Positions 9,123-17,638 of a DNA stretch of 64,000 nucleotides are shown here, piece by piece. The position numbers were made by a program, and so were the translations under genes. The notes beneath the pieces are model-generated. The model searched no databases and was not told the origin of the DNA. It saw nothing but the letters and a program-made list of their open reading frames with translations. The DNA is taken from IMG/VR virus record IMGVR_UViG_3300044640_003674, positions 4,167 through 68,166 of that record, one strand, 5' to 3'. Source of the stretch: a virus. How positions within the stretch are numbered: position 1 is the first letter of the stretch; the number at the start of each line of letters is the position of its first letter.

Positions 9123-10371
9123 AGTTGCTCTTCCTGATCTGATCGCCCAGGTTGAAGCTGAGCTTGTTGAAGTTGCCAGGTACACCATGGATCTGGCTGA
9201 GCAGATCATCGAGGACATTGCTGTCAGCGATCTCTGCCAGGATCTCCTTGTAGTGCCAACGCACCCAGTTGACGTTGTTCGGATGAGCTTTGAACTCATC
9301 GTGAACAGTCACCAACGGGAAGCTCTTGTGCTTCAGCATCTCCTTACAGATCGTCAGCAGAGCTTCCAGGTGCTCGAGGTCCAGGAACTTGGTGGTGGCC
9401 AAGCTCAGCCAGGGCAGGAACACTGCCGAGGCCAGGGTCGAGCGACGGTACTGGTCGACGTAGTACTCGATCTTGGTCGGGATGTCTGCATAGGCCTGGT
9501 CGTAACCGTCAGCGCGTGCACCCAATTCGATCTCAATCGCTCGCATGGCCTGAGTCACCGCATCGGTGTCGTAGTTGCAGCGACGGTGCATCTCACGCAG
9601 GACATAGGCGTCCATGCTGTGGGTCACATTCGCTGCATTGGCTACGCCCTTGGCAGTGCCCTCGTTGATCTTGTACTCGTAGCTGAAGGTGGCGTGATCC
9701 AGCTCATCAACTTCGATGCGCGTCTCTTCCTTCTTCATCACCTTGACCAGAGCGTCATAGCCATCAGGCAGCTTCCAGGCATGCTGGAGTGCATAGGGCT
9801 GCCAGCTCGCCTTGAGGTCTTGCAGCAGTTCCCATGCACCAGGTGCCACCTGCATCGCTGCCTGGTAGAAGGCAGACAGTTGCTGGGTACCTTCACCGAA
9901 CAGAGCTTCGGGCACGGCCTTGGAGCCGTAGAAGGAGGTCATGAGCGCTTGCTTGGCATCACTACGAGAGACATCCACGCTGATGCCTTCATCCTTCAGC
10001 ACCTGGTTCATCACGTAGGTGGTGCGGGTGTAGGCATCTGCTCGCACATCAGGATCGATCAGACCAGTCTCTCGTGCACCGGAGACACAGCCAGCCATTG
10101 CAGACATGATCTGAATACCAGAGCAGGACGCATCGACACCGACCATGTGACCAATAGGTTCACCACGTTGTGCACGCCGGATGGCCTGCACAGCCTTCAG
10201 GTACAGGGGCTTGGTGTCTGCCAGGGCAGCCTTGGCTTCCAAGTAGCCTGGGCCTTGGGCGAGCATTGTTTCGGCCCACTTGATTCGCTCTTCGAAGAGC
10301 AGCTTGTCATGGCCATAGGCATTAGCAGCATCGATGAGCAGCCACTGCCAGCCGGTATAGAAAGTCATCAT
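9109..10371 (-). CDS. N4-type RNA polymerase II subunit 2 (gp16-like)
   Basis: VDASCSGIQ (motif A), RSDAKQALMTSFYGS (motif B), ANVTHSMDA, TVHDEF (motif C). Confidence 0.93.
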   Translation of the reverse strand: MMTFYTGWQWLLIDAANAYGHDKLLFEERIKWAETMLAQGPGYLEAKAALADTKPLYLKAVQAIRRAQRGEPIGHMVGVDASCSGIQIMSAMAGCVSGARETGLIDPDVRADAYTRTTYVMNQVLKDEGISVDVSRSDAKQALMTSFYGSKAVPEALFGEGTQQLSAFYQAAMQVAPGAWELLQDLKASWQPYALQHAWKLPDGYDALVKVMKKEETRIEVDELDHATFSYEYKINEGTAKGVANAANVTHSMDAYVLREMHRRCNYDTDAVTQAMRAIEIELGARADGYDQAYADIPTKIEYYVDQYRRSTLASAVFLPWLSLATTKFLDLEHLEALLTICKEMLKHKSFPLVTVHDEFKAHPNNVNWVRWHYKEILAEIADSNVLDDLLSQIHGVPGNFNKLSFNLGDQIRKSNYALC

Positions 10372-10421
10372 GAGGATCTCCTTGGTTTGATTGAATGGTG
10401 GGCACTGGTTGCCCTGACCAT

Positions 10422-10670
10422 TCAGGTCATGAGCAACACAAGGGCTTTCAGGGTGGGCGGAACGTCAGCGTCGAGCACTGGGGTGCCGTCCATACGAAAC
10501 CACCCGTGGGTTTCGAGTGAGCTTGGTAGGCCGGGTCTTTCCGAATCAATCCGGACATACGCCCCGTTGTAGATCTCTTGGTCGCAGCTGGTTCGCATGA
10601 GCTTGTACCCAGAGGTGTCGAACTGCCCATAGAGCTGATCTGCGTAGAAGACCGTGGCTTTTGCAGCCAT
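10422..10670 (-). CDS. Small hypothetical protein, paralog family member 3
   Basis: Shares [TA]YxR...W and DVPPTLKALVLL with the two adjacent ORFs. Confidence 0.7.
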   Translation of the reverse strand: MAAKATVFYADQLYGQFDTSGYKLMRTSCDQEIYNGAYVRIDSERPGLPSSLETHGWFRMDGTPVLDADVPPTLKALVLLMT

Positions 10671-10672
10671 GG

Positions 10673-10975
10673 CTACACCTTCACACCCAGCAGCAATGCG
10701 TCAGCACGCAGCTTCTTGGGGATGTGGTGAGGTGGGATGTGCTGCCAGCCGATCTTCTTGCCATTGGTGTGGCGAGTGAAGATCCGCCACACACCGTTGA
10801 GTCGGCTGTAGGTCCCACGCAGGGGTGCATCAGGCACCTTGGCGGTGTCTGTGGTCATGCCAGTCTTGGGATGCCAGACCAGCAGTGGAGGATTCCAGGG
10901 TCTGCTGGTGATTTGGTTGAGTGCTGCGGTTGAATAGGCCATAGCTTCCATTAAGTCGTCGTGTTGAGTATTCAT
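10673..10975 (-). CDS. Small hypothetical protein, paralog family member 2
   Basis: TYSRLNGVW...WQHIPPHHIPKKLRADALLLG; ATGA overlap at the start. Confidence 0.7.
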   Translation of the reverse strand: MNTQHDDLMEAMAYSTAALNQITSRPWNPPLLVWHPKTGMTTDTAKVPDAPLRGTYSRLNGVWRIFTRHTNGKKIGWQHIPPHHIPKKLRADALLLGVKV

Positions 10976-11217
10976 AGTTGGAGGCCTTGTAGAAGGGCCA
11001 GGGTCCTGAGCTCCTTCGGAAGGTCTGCCAGGTTGATGGGGAACCAGCAAGCCGGTGCGATTTGGAACCGCTTGACCGGGGTTCCGATCGCATAGCGATA
11101 CCAACACTCGCTGTCGCGCATGTAGGTGTTCAGTGGGAGTGATCGGTCAAGATTCGGTGACATGAATTCACGCTGCTGGATCTCACTGTCACCTGGCGAC
11201 CAGAGCAAATAGCTCAT
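10972..11217 (-). CDS. Small hypothetical protein, paralog family member 1
   Basis: TYMRDSECW...WFPINLADLPKELRTLALLQG; ATGA overlap with the RNAP1 stop. Confidence 0.7.
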   Translation of the reverse strand: MSYLLWSPGDSEIQQREFMSPNLDRSLPLNTYMRDSECWYRYAIGTPVKRFQIAPACWFPINLADLPKELRTLALLQGLQL

Positions 11218-12143
11218 GTCGGCACGCCTTCAACCAGCTCTTGTTCTGCGAACTCCAGCATGGCCTTCTTGAAGGGGGCACCTTGAGTGCTGATGTGATA
11301 TCCGCATGCATAGATGCGACCACGCTTGTCCACCTTGTGGGTCAGGTGGAAGCGATTGCCTTGCTGTTGCATCAGGCTGTAGAAGCGATAGCTTTGCAGC
11401 TTGAATGCGTTCCACTGCTCGATCTTGTCAGGGCTATCCAGCTCGAAGGTGGGCTCTTCTTCGACAGTGCTCAGGAAGGCCAGATCAAGGCACAGAGGCA
11501 CCTTGTTCATGGTGTTGAGTACGTCAAGGCACAGGTCACCATCATGGTGATTGCCACGTAGAACCAGGCTGTCGTTGTGAGTCAGGTAGCCTGAGCTGAA
11601 GTTGTGGGTCAACTCCAGTGGCTCACACACCATCGGTGGCAGGTATTCGCTGTCCTCGATGAAGGTGATCAGGTTGTCGCTCAGAGGGATGCATGACTGC
11701 ACCATGAGGCTGGTCTGCTTGTTCTCCTTGAAGATGTCGAAGGCATCTGTCTGGCATAGCACAGCCATGAGCTCAGCTACAGCAGTGATGGCCTCACGCT
11801 TGTCACTGAACTTCAGTCGTGCTGCCATCTGTGCACTCACCGAGGTGAACAGCTCAGGCCTCAGCACATAGGCAATGCCTACGAAGATGTCCATCACCAG
11901 AGCTGGGATGTCCATTGCACGGAGCTGCATCACTCGATCGTTCTTGGCTTGGTATGCATAGGTCTGCATCAGCCAGTGACGTACCAGATCAACGCCTTGT
12001 TCCAGCTTGGCCATCATGTCCGGGTTGTCGGTGATGGCCTTGCGGATCTTGGCGTCGATGTGTTTGCGATTGAAGCGTTCCTCGTTCATCTCTTGGAGAA
12101 CGATGTGCTTCATGGTTTCGATGTGAGGTTCATTCATGTTCAT
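11214..12143 (-). CDS. N4-type RNA polymerase II subunit 1 (gp15-like)
   Basis: YLPPMVCEP, SGYLT, HKVDKRGRIYACGYHISTQG (DxRGR motif of T7-like RNAPs). Confidence 0.92.
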   Translation of the reverse strand: MNMNEPHIETMKHIVLQEMNEERFNRKHIDAKIRKAITDNPDMMAKLEQGVDLVRHWLMQTYAYQAKNDRVMQLRAMDIPALVMDIFVGIAYVLRPELFTSVSAQMAARLKFSDKREAITAVAELMAVLCQTDAFDIFKENKQTSLMVQSCIPLSDNLITFIEDSEYLPPMVCEPLELTHNFSSGYLTHNDSLVLRGNHHDGDLCLDVLNTMNKVPLCLDLAFLSTVEEEPTFELDSPDKIEQWNAFKLQSYRFYSLMQQQGNRFHLTHKVDKRGRIYACGYHISTQGAPFKKAMLEFAEQELVEGVPT

Positions 12144-12170
12144 GTCGTTCTCCTTTGATTGGTTTGGTGA

Positions 12171-12365
12171 TCAGTACTCGCGCTTGCGTGGCACGAAGCC
12201 CATATCCACCGGCTTGTAGTAGTCATCGCCTTCGGGTGCGATGGAGTTCAAGATGTCGCAGATCTCCTGTGCCTTGTGCGGTGGCATCGGTGGCACGTTG
12301 ATCAACAGTTCGTCGTACTGGTCGCGGTCGTAGTTGGAAACACGACCAATGCGCTTGAGTGGCAT
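12171..12365 (-). CDS. Small hypothetical protein
   Basis: MPLKRIGRVSNYDRD...; AGGAG RBS. Confidence 0.65.
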   Translation of the reverse strand: MPLKRIGRVSNYDRDQYDELLINVPPMPPHKAQEICDILNSIAPEGDDYYKPVDMGFVPRKREY

Positions 12366-12405
12366 GAGTTCTCCTGGTTTGATGAGGACAAACAAAGGGG
12401 GACAA

Positions 12406-12420
12406 GTGCACGGAGTGCAC
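12406..12420 (+). promoter_or_regulatory. GGA-triloop DNA hairpin (N4 vRNAP promoter-like)
   Basis: GTGCAC-GGA-GTGCAC, flanked by AA and CTG like the 8897 copy. Confidence 0.45.
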
Positions 12421-12450
12421 CTGCCCACTGAGGGTGATGAGGATTGAGGA

Positions 12451-12816
12451 TCAGTAGCGGATGAGATGGACAGGCTTCCCAGCCTTTCGCATCGTCTCGA
12501 TCATGTGGGCTGTGCCTCGGCTCTTGCCGTCCCAGAAGGCCAGCAGACCATCAGAGAAGTCAGCCATCTGTTGGTTGCGGATAAAGCCAGCACGCTTGCC
12601 GTACTCTTCCCAGTCAGCAGGGAACTCATACAGCTTCACATCGTTCTCACGAGCGAACTTGCCACCGAGTGCATCAGCACCACGAGCCATACCACTGACG
12701 ATGCTCACTGCCCTGTCGTGATAGACAGTGTTAGCGAGCTGCATCAGTGTGTCGTGCAGGGTCTGGTAGTCATCGAAGTCACGACCACCAGCCACGATGA
12801 GTTTGAACTCTTTCAT
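12451..12816 (-). CDS. SLOG-superfamily protein (YspA/DUF2493-like)
   Basis: IVAGGRDF, IVSGMARGAD, PADW...GKRAGFIRNQQM, AFWDGKSRGT. Confidence 0.88.
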   Translation of the reverse strand: MKEFKLIVAGGRDFDDYQTLHDTLMQLANTVYHDRAVSIVSGMARGADALGGKFARENDVKLYEFPADWEEYGKRAGFIRNQQMADFSDGLLAFWDGKSRGTAHMIETMRKAGKPVHLIRY

Positions 12817-12826
12817 GGGTGTGCCC

Positions 12827-12946
12827 TCAGACGCTGGTACGAATACCGGACGCGACTTCGAGCAAGACGGTCTTGATCTCGTTCTTGCCCCAGGAGTTCT
12901 TCGTCTCCAGGATTGCGTAGAAGAGCTTGAGTTGTTCTGCTGTCAT
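12827..12946 (-). CDS. 39-aa small protein (not in ORF track)
   Basis: MTAEQLKLFYAILETKNSWGKNEIKTVLLEVASGIRTSV with AAGGAA RBS; fills the intergenic gap. Confidence 0.6.
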   Translation of the reverse strand: MTAEQLKLFYAILETKNSWGKNEIKTVLLEVASGIRTSV

Positions 12947-12969
12947 AGCGATTCCTTGGGTTGTTGATG

Positions 12970-13305
12970 TCAGGCCGGAGCCATGCCCACATAGAAGAGG
13001 ACCTTGGCTTCACGTTGACGCACGAGGTCTTCCACCTCATAGCGCAAGCCCAGGATCTTCAGCAGCATGTCGGGACCGTTGTTCTTGGTCACGTAGTCGC
13101 TGTACGCATCGAATGCACGCTGCAACAGAGGATGGCTATTGGCCACCTGCTTGAGCTGCGTCTCGTTGGCCTTGCCACTGCGATAGGCTTTCATGTCGTC
13201 AGCGTCTTCGAAGTGCCAGTCATGCTTGGCCAGGCGCTGGATGTATGCATCGAACAGGTCGATGTCCAAGCGCATGCCATTGATGACTTGAGGGATGTCT
13301 TTCAT
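12970..13305 (-). CDS. Early hypothetical protein
   Basis: 111 aa, AGGAG RBS, downstream of a hairpin promoter; contains HDWHFEDADD. Confidence 0.75.
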   Translation of the reverse strand: MKDIPQVINGMRLDIDLFDAYIQRLAKHDWHFEDADDMKAYRSGKANETQLKQVANSHPLLQRAFDAYSDYVTKNNGPDMLLKILGLRYEVEDLVRQREAKVLFYVGMAPA

Positions 13306-13366
13306 TGGGATCTCCTATGACCTATGTGAATGGGAGCAGTGCACAGCTAGTGCACGAAGCGGCTTG

Positions 13367-13391
13367 ATGCCACCACATGGCCGGTAGGCCC
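13367..13391 (+). promoter_or_regulatory. Putative vRNAP hairpin promoter (leftward transcription)
   Basis: ATGCC-ACCACAT-GGCC-GGTA-GGCC; one of four aligned copies on the template strand. Confidence 0.75.
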
Positions 13392-13437
13392 ATGACTGTC
13401 TTGGCTGAGCTCCGCTGAGGTATGTAGCAGCACAAAG

Positions 13438-13469
13438 AAAAGCACCCCTACCCCGAAGGGCAGAGGTGC
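13438..13469 (-). terminator. Intrinsic terminator after the gp2-like gene
   Basis: Minus strand GCACCUCUGCCC-UUCG-GGGUAGGGGUGC-UUUUU. Confidence 0.8.
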
Positions 13470-13493
13470 AAGGGAACAGCTAGGAGCTAGTGC

Positions 13494-13790
13494 TTAGCTC
13501 GGGATCACATCGTCCAGCGCGAAGCCGGCGTCGTTCTTGTTGACAGCTTGGTACGTGATCTTCAGCTTGGACATGATGATGGCCACACGCTCAGGGTTCT
13601 CGTTGAGCCAAGCCAGCAGTGCCTTCTCGCTGGCCTTGCTTTCACGCAGAGGGATGGCACCGAGCTTGCGATCGTTGCCAGTCTTGGCATCAGGCAGGTA
13701 CAGGTTCAGGAAGCCCTGAGCCTTCCAGGCCTCTTCACGAGAGTCGTCACGGGAAGAGTTGTTGCGGGAAGCGTTGGAATTGAAAGCCAT
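13494..13790 (-). CDS. N4 gp2-like ssDNA-binding RNAPII coactivator
   Basis: WKAQGFLNLYLP...RKLGAIPL; early position behind a hairpin promoter. Confidence 0.75.
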   Translation of the reverse strand: MAFNSNASRNNSSRDDSREEAWKAQGFLNLYLPDAKTGNDRKLGAIPLRESKASEKALLAWLNENPERVAIIMSKLKITYQAVNKNDAGFALDDVIPS

Positions 13791-13831
13791 GGTGGATCTC
13801 CAGATGAAAGGTGAATAGATGACGGCAGGAT

Positions 13832-13858
13832 TTGCCATTACTTGGCCGGTAGGCCAAG
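13832..13858 (+). promoter_or_regulatory. Putative vRNAP hairpin promoter
   Basis: TTGCC-ATTA-CTTGGCC-GGTA-GGCCAAG. Confidence 0.8.
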
Positions 13859-14034
13859 AAGGTGGCAGAACGTAGCTAGTAGAAGGGACACACCATAGGT
13901 AGAAGTATGCCTAGCGGTCTGATGTGTTTGGGAGTAGGACACACCCCCACGAATGAGGGTGTATCGGGTGAGTATCGGAATGAGTTGGGGATATGGGAGA
14001 TGTAGGTTGGGTTATGAAGCACAGGGAAAGTACT

Positions 14035-14346
14035 TCAATCACCCTTATCTCCATCATCATCACCAAACCCTGCGAAGAGTTCGACGAATGAGTTGAACGA
14101 GGTGATGGCAAACAGGATGAACCCCAGTCCAAGTGCACCAGCCAGGACTGGATGAAGGCCATGACCTTCTTCAACGTAGCTCAGACCCAGGTGGATAGCA
14201 GTAGCACCACCGAACAGGAGGAAACCGCAGATGACCAGCGCTGCCATGTATGCATTGGCCAGTCGCTTGCTGATTGCATTGCGCTTAGCTTGGGTATCGA
14301 GTTGGCCTTCAGTCAGGCCACGGATGATGTGATTGATGATAGTCAT
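14035..14346 (-). CDS. Early membrane protein (2 TM)
   Basis: Two hydrophobic segments and an acidic tail; GGAGA RBS. Confidence 0.7.
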   Translation of the reverse strand: MTIINHIIRGLTEGQLDTQAKRNAISKRLANAYMAALVICGFLLFGGATAIHLGLSYVEEGHGLHPVLAGALGLGFILFAITSFNSFVELFAGFGDDDGDKGD

Positions 14347-14382
14347 AGAGATCTCCAGAGTTGAATAGATTGATTGGATGAA

Positions 14383-14409
14383 TATCCAACTCATGGCCGG
14401 AAGGCCATG
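14383..14409 (+). promoter_or_regulatory. Putative vRNAP hairpin promoter
   Basis: TATCC-AACT-CATGGCC-GGAA-GGCCATG. Confidence 0.8.
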
Positions 14410-14464
14410 GACATCTGTACTCCTCTGTCTCTCTATAACTGTCTGTCTCCTCTGTGTAATGTGT

Positions 14465-14492
14465 AAAAGGGAAAGGTCCCCTTATGGGGACC
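14465..14492 (-). terminator. Terminator-like hairpin after the first early gene
   Basis: Minus strand GGUCCCC-AUAA-GGGGACC-UUUCCCUUUU. Confidence 0.6.
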
Positions 14493-14506
14493 GATCGTGA
14501 GAGTGA

Positions 14507-14725
14507 TTAGGCTTTAGCGATGCGCTTCTGTTGGGTAGCCAGCTTCTCGTTGAGTTCGAGGAGCTTGGTCTGACGGTTGCTGCGTGCTTCGTCCACGTAT
14601 GCACCGGAGCTTTCTTCTGCCACGGTAGCGATGTTGTCAATGGTCTTTCCGAACTTCTCGAATGCACTGAAGAACACAGCGAGGGTTGCGAAGAACTGGG
14701 TGAAGGCGAGGCTGAGTGCTTGCAT
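14507..14725 (-). CDS. First early gene (gp1 position)
   Basis: 72 aa, AGGAG RBS, immediately behind the outermost hairpin promoter. Confidence 0.75.
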   Translation of the reverse strand: MQALSLAFTQFFATLAVFFSAFEKFGKTIDNIATVAEESSGAYVDEARSNRQTKLLELNEKLATQQKRIAKA

Positions 14726-14758
14726 GATGTACTCCTGATCAGGGATGGTTATGGCGAT

Positions 14759-14782
14759 ATGCCACTACGTAGCCGGCAGGCT
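14759..14782 (+). promoter_or_regulatory. Putative vRNAP hairpin promoter (outermost)
   Basis: ATGCC-ACTACGT-AGCC-GGCA-GGCT. Confidence 0.7.
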
Positions 14783-15018
14783 TAGGGCCTTGGGAGTCCC
14801 AGAGCCCATAGGTGGGGGGGGGTGTTTCGGGTTTCGTGTGTAGACACGAGAGTCCTACCTCCGTACCCAGATTACAAATTTCCCCAAAATGCGAATCTGA
14901 ATTTCGGCCCTCTATTCGCTTCATACTCCCTACTATCCTGCTCAATATTGGGTAACTGAGGTTTAAGGTACTATATGTACCCGATACCTTGACCATTACT
15001 TAATACTGGACCGGATGA

Positions 15019-15792
15019 ATGTCAGATACTGCTGCGTCTACCGAAATTGCTACTGTGCAGACGGAATCCTCCCTTTCCACGGGCTTGGGTTTGGGTCTGA
15101 CCGTGGAACAGTTCCGTCAGGCTCTTCCCGACAAGGTGAAGAAGTCAATCAACCAGGAACTGATCGACCAGATCAACAAGACTCTCTCTGATCCAGAGAT
15201 GTTTGAGTCGTACCGAGACAATCTGCTGTCCTATACCAAGGTCATGGCAGATGGTCGATTCAAGGTGCAGGAATATGTGAATGCAGTTCGGTATGTCAGC
15301 CACAAGCTCATGGGCTGTACCAACATCGATGCGTACACCAAGACTTTCCCTGACAAGTTCACCAGGTTCACTGCTCAGGGTGTTGCTGCCAAGGACATCG
15401 CTTCGTATGTCACTGCGTACAACAAGTCCAAGCTGGTCAATCTGATCTTCGAGCAGACGCTCATCCCGAGCTATGTGCTGAACCAGGACCTGTATCAGAA
15501 GGCCTTGAATGTCCAGGCTGACCTGATGCTGACTGCCAAGAGCGAGAAGGTCCGGTGTGATGCGGCCAATTCCCTCTTGACTCAGCTCAAGATGCCCGAG
15601 GTCAAGAAGGTTGAGCTCGACATCGGGGTCAAGGAAGACAGCTCGATCAATGCGCTTCGCCAGGCAACCCTTGAGCTGGCCCGTGCTCAGCGTCTGGCTT
15701 TGCAGGCAGGCCAGGTCACTGCCGGTGAGGTGGCCAGTACTCGGGTGGTATCTGCCGAGGTGGTGGATGTCGAAGCCAGGGAGGTCCACTGA
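15019..15792 (+). CDS. N4 gp69-like protein (candidate terminase small subunit)
   Basis: YVNAVRYVSHKLMG, AYNKSKLVNLI, SEKVRCDAANSLL; upstream of the large terminase. Confidence 0.8.
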   Translation: MSDTAASTEIATVQTESSLSTGLGLGLTVEQFRQALPDKVKKSINQELIDQINKTLSDPEMFESYRDNLLSYTKVMADGRFKVQEYVNAVRYVSHKLMGCTNIDAYTKTFPDKFTRFTAQGVAAKDIASYVTAYNKSKLVNLIFEQTLIPSYVLNQDLYQKALNVQADLMLTAKSEKVRCDAANSLLTQLKMPEVKKVELDIGVKEDSSINALRQATLELARAQRLALQAGQVTAGEVASTRVVSAEVVDVEAREVH

Positions 15793-16019
15793 TGCCTTGG
15801 TATGCCATCCCTCTGGCCTTCCTGTACCTGTGCTGCCGCGCAGCCATTCCCGCCACCCTCTTCGCTGGTGCTGTCTGGTTTCTTGAACCGGTGGCCGCCC
15901 CTTGGGTGTGGATGGCCTTGTTCGCCTTCGAGCTGGGTGACACGCTGATTCGCGTGCGTATCTCGGTGGTGAGGGTCGATGAGGATGAGGATGAGGACGA
16001 TGCGGGCGGTCGTGGATGA
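15792..16019 (+). CDS. Small membrane protein with acidic tail
   Basis: Hydrophobic 75 aa; overlaps both neighbours by 1-4 nt. Confidence 0.55.
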   Translation: MPWYAIPLAFLYLCCRAAIPATLFAGAVWFLEPVAAPWVWMALFAFELGDTLIRVRISVVRVDEDEDEDDAGGRG

Positions 16020-17629
16020 CGCACGACTCCGTTGCCGAGGTCCTGGCTCCGTGGAAGGTTGAGGACTACCTCAACGCCACGAGCTATGAGGACGATCCCA
16101 ACTATGTGCCGAGCGAGTTCGCACTCGAGTTCGTCACCTTCATCAAGCTGGTGAACGGTGAGCAGGGGGAGGAGAACAAGACCCCTGTTGTCCACTACAA
16201 GATGCTGGACACGATCACCCTGGGTGGTAAGCGCATCATCAACCTGTGCCACCGAGGTATTGCCAAGACCACGGTGATGGGTGAGTACCTGTTTCTCTAC
16301 ATCGCTACCTATGGTGAGATCCCTGGCTTCGGTCGGATCGACCTGGCGCTCTATGTCTCTGACTCCATCGAGAACGGTGTCAAGAACATGCGCAAGAACC
16401 TGGAGCACCGGTGGGAGAACAGCGACTTCCTGCGTGAGTACGTTCCTGAGATCCACTTCACGGACATCCGCTGGGAGTTCAAGAACGCGGACGGGAAGAT
16501 CTTCATCGTCAAGGGCTACGGTGCCAAGACTGGTGTCCGGGGAGCCAAGGAGCTGGGCAAGCGACCGCAGCTGGCGGTGCTCGATGACCTGATCAGCGAC
16601 GAGGATGCACGGTCGACTACGGTGATTGCTGCTGTGGAAGATACGGTCTACAAGGCAGTGGACTACGCCTTGCACCCGACCCGGAACATGATCATCTGGT
16701 CGGGTACGCCTTTCAATGCGAAGGACCCACTCTACAAGGCTGTGGAGTCTGGTGCCTGGCAGGTGAATGTGTTCCCTGTGTGTGAGCAGTTCCCTTGCTC
16801 GCCTGAAGAGTTCCGTGGCTCCTGGCCCGATCGCTTCACCTATGAGTACGTGAAGAGGCAGTACGAGAACGCAGTGAAGCTGGGCAAGGTTGAGACGTTC
16901 AACCAGGAGCTGATGCTGCGAATCATGTCCGAAGAGGATCGCATGATCCAGGACTCGGACATCTCTTGGTACAAGGCCGAGACGGTCCTACGCAACAAGG
17001 GCCTGTTCAACTTCTACATCACCACTGACTTCGCTACTTCAGTGAAGCAGAAGTCCGACTTCTCGGTGATCAGTGTCTGGGCACACAACAGCAACGGTGA
17101 TTGGCTGTGGGTGGACGGTATCTGTGCACGGCAGCTGATGAACAAGAACATTGATGACTTGTTCCGCCTGGCACAGATCTACAGGCCACAGGGTGTGGGC
17201 ATTGAGGTGACTGGCCAGCAGGCTGGATTCATCCCCTGGATTCAGGAACAGATGATGATCCGGAATATCTACTTCCCATTGGCCAGTGAAGGGAATCAGA
17301 ACGCACCGGGTATTCGACCCAATACGAACAAACTGGTTCGATTCAACGTGGTGGTGCCTTTGTTCAAAGCCAAGAAGGTATTCTTCCCGGCTGAGAAAAA
17401 GCAGAGTCCTATAATGGTCGAGGCCATCAATGAACTCAGTCTTGCTTCTACTTCGGGATTCCGTAGTAAGCACGACGACTTCTTGGACACCATCTCAATG
17501 CTCGCAGTAATGCGTGCCTGGAGGCCATCCGAATCAGCCCCGATGCATGCCAACAAATCTGATGGTGGTATGTGGGAGCTGGAGGTTGAAGACGAGCCAG
17601 ATAGTCGTCTGGCTTCGTATGTGGTGTGA
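16016..17629 (+). CDS. Terminase large subunit (N4 gp68-like)
   Basis: CHRGIAKTT (Walker A), AVLDD (Walker B), WSGTP, nuclease TTDFA...SDFS...KHDDFLD. Confidence 0.93.
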   Translation: MTHDSVAEVLAPWKVEDYLNATSYEDDPNYVPSEFALEFVTFIKLVNGEQGEENKTPVVHYKMLDTITLGGKRIINLCHRGIAKTTVMGEYLFLYIATYGEIPGFGRIDLALYVSDSIENGVKNMRKNLEHRWENSDFLREYVPEIHFTDIRWEFKNADGKIFIVKGYGAKTGVRGAKELGKRPQLAVLDDLISDEDARSTTVIAAVEDTVYKAVDYALHPTRNMIIWSGTPFNAKDPLYKAVESGAWQVNVFPVCEQFPCSPEEFRGSWPDRFTYEYVKRQYENAVKLGKVETFNQELMLRIMSEEDRMIQDSDISWYKAETVLRNKGLFNFYITTDFATSVKQKSDFSVISVWAHNSNGDWLWVDGICARQLMNKNIDDLFRLAQIYRPQGVGIEVTGQQAGFIPWIQEQMMIRNIYFPLASEGNQNAPGIRPNTNKLVRFNVVVPLFKAKKVFFPAEKKQSPIMVEAINELSLASTSGFRSKHDDFLDTISMLAVMRAWRPSESAPMHANKSDGGMWELEVEDEPDSRLASYVV

Positions 17630-17638
17630 GGAGGTTTG

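Noticed and set aside
12813-13040. 75-aa minus-strand ORF in the track
   Set aside because: Overlaps 12970-13305; the alternative-frame 39-aa ORF has the RBS and better codon usage.
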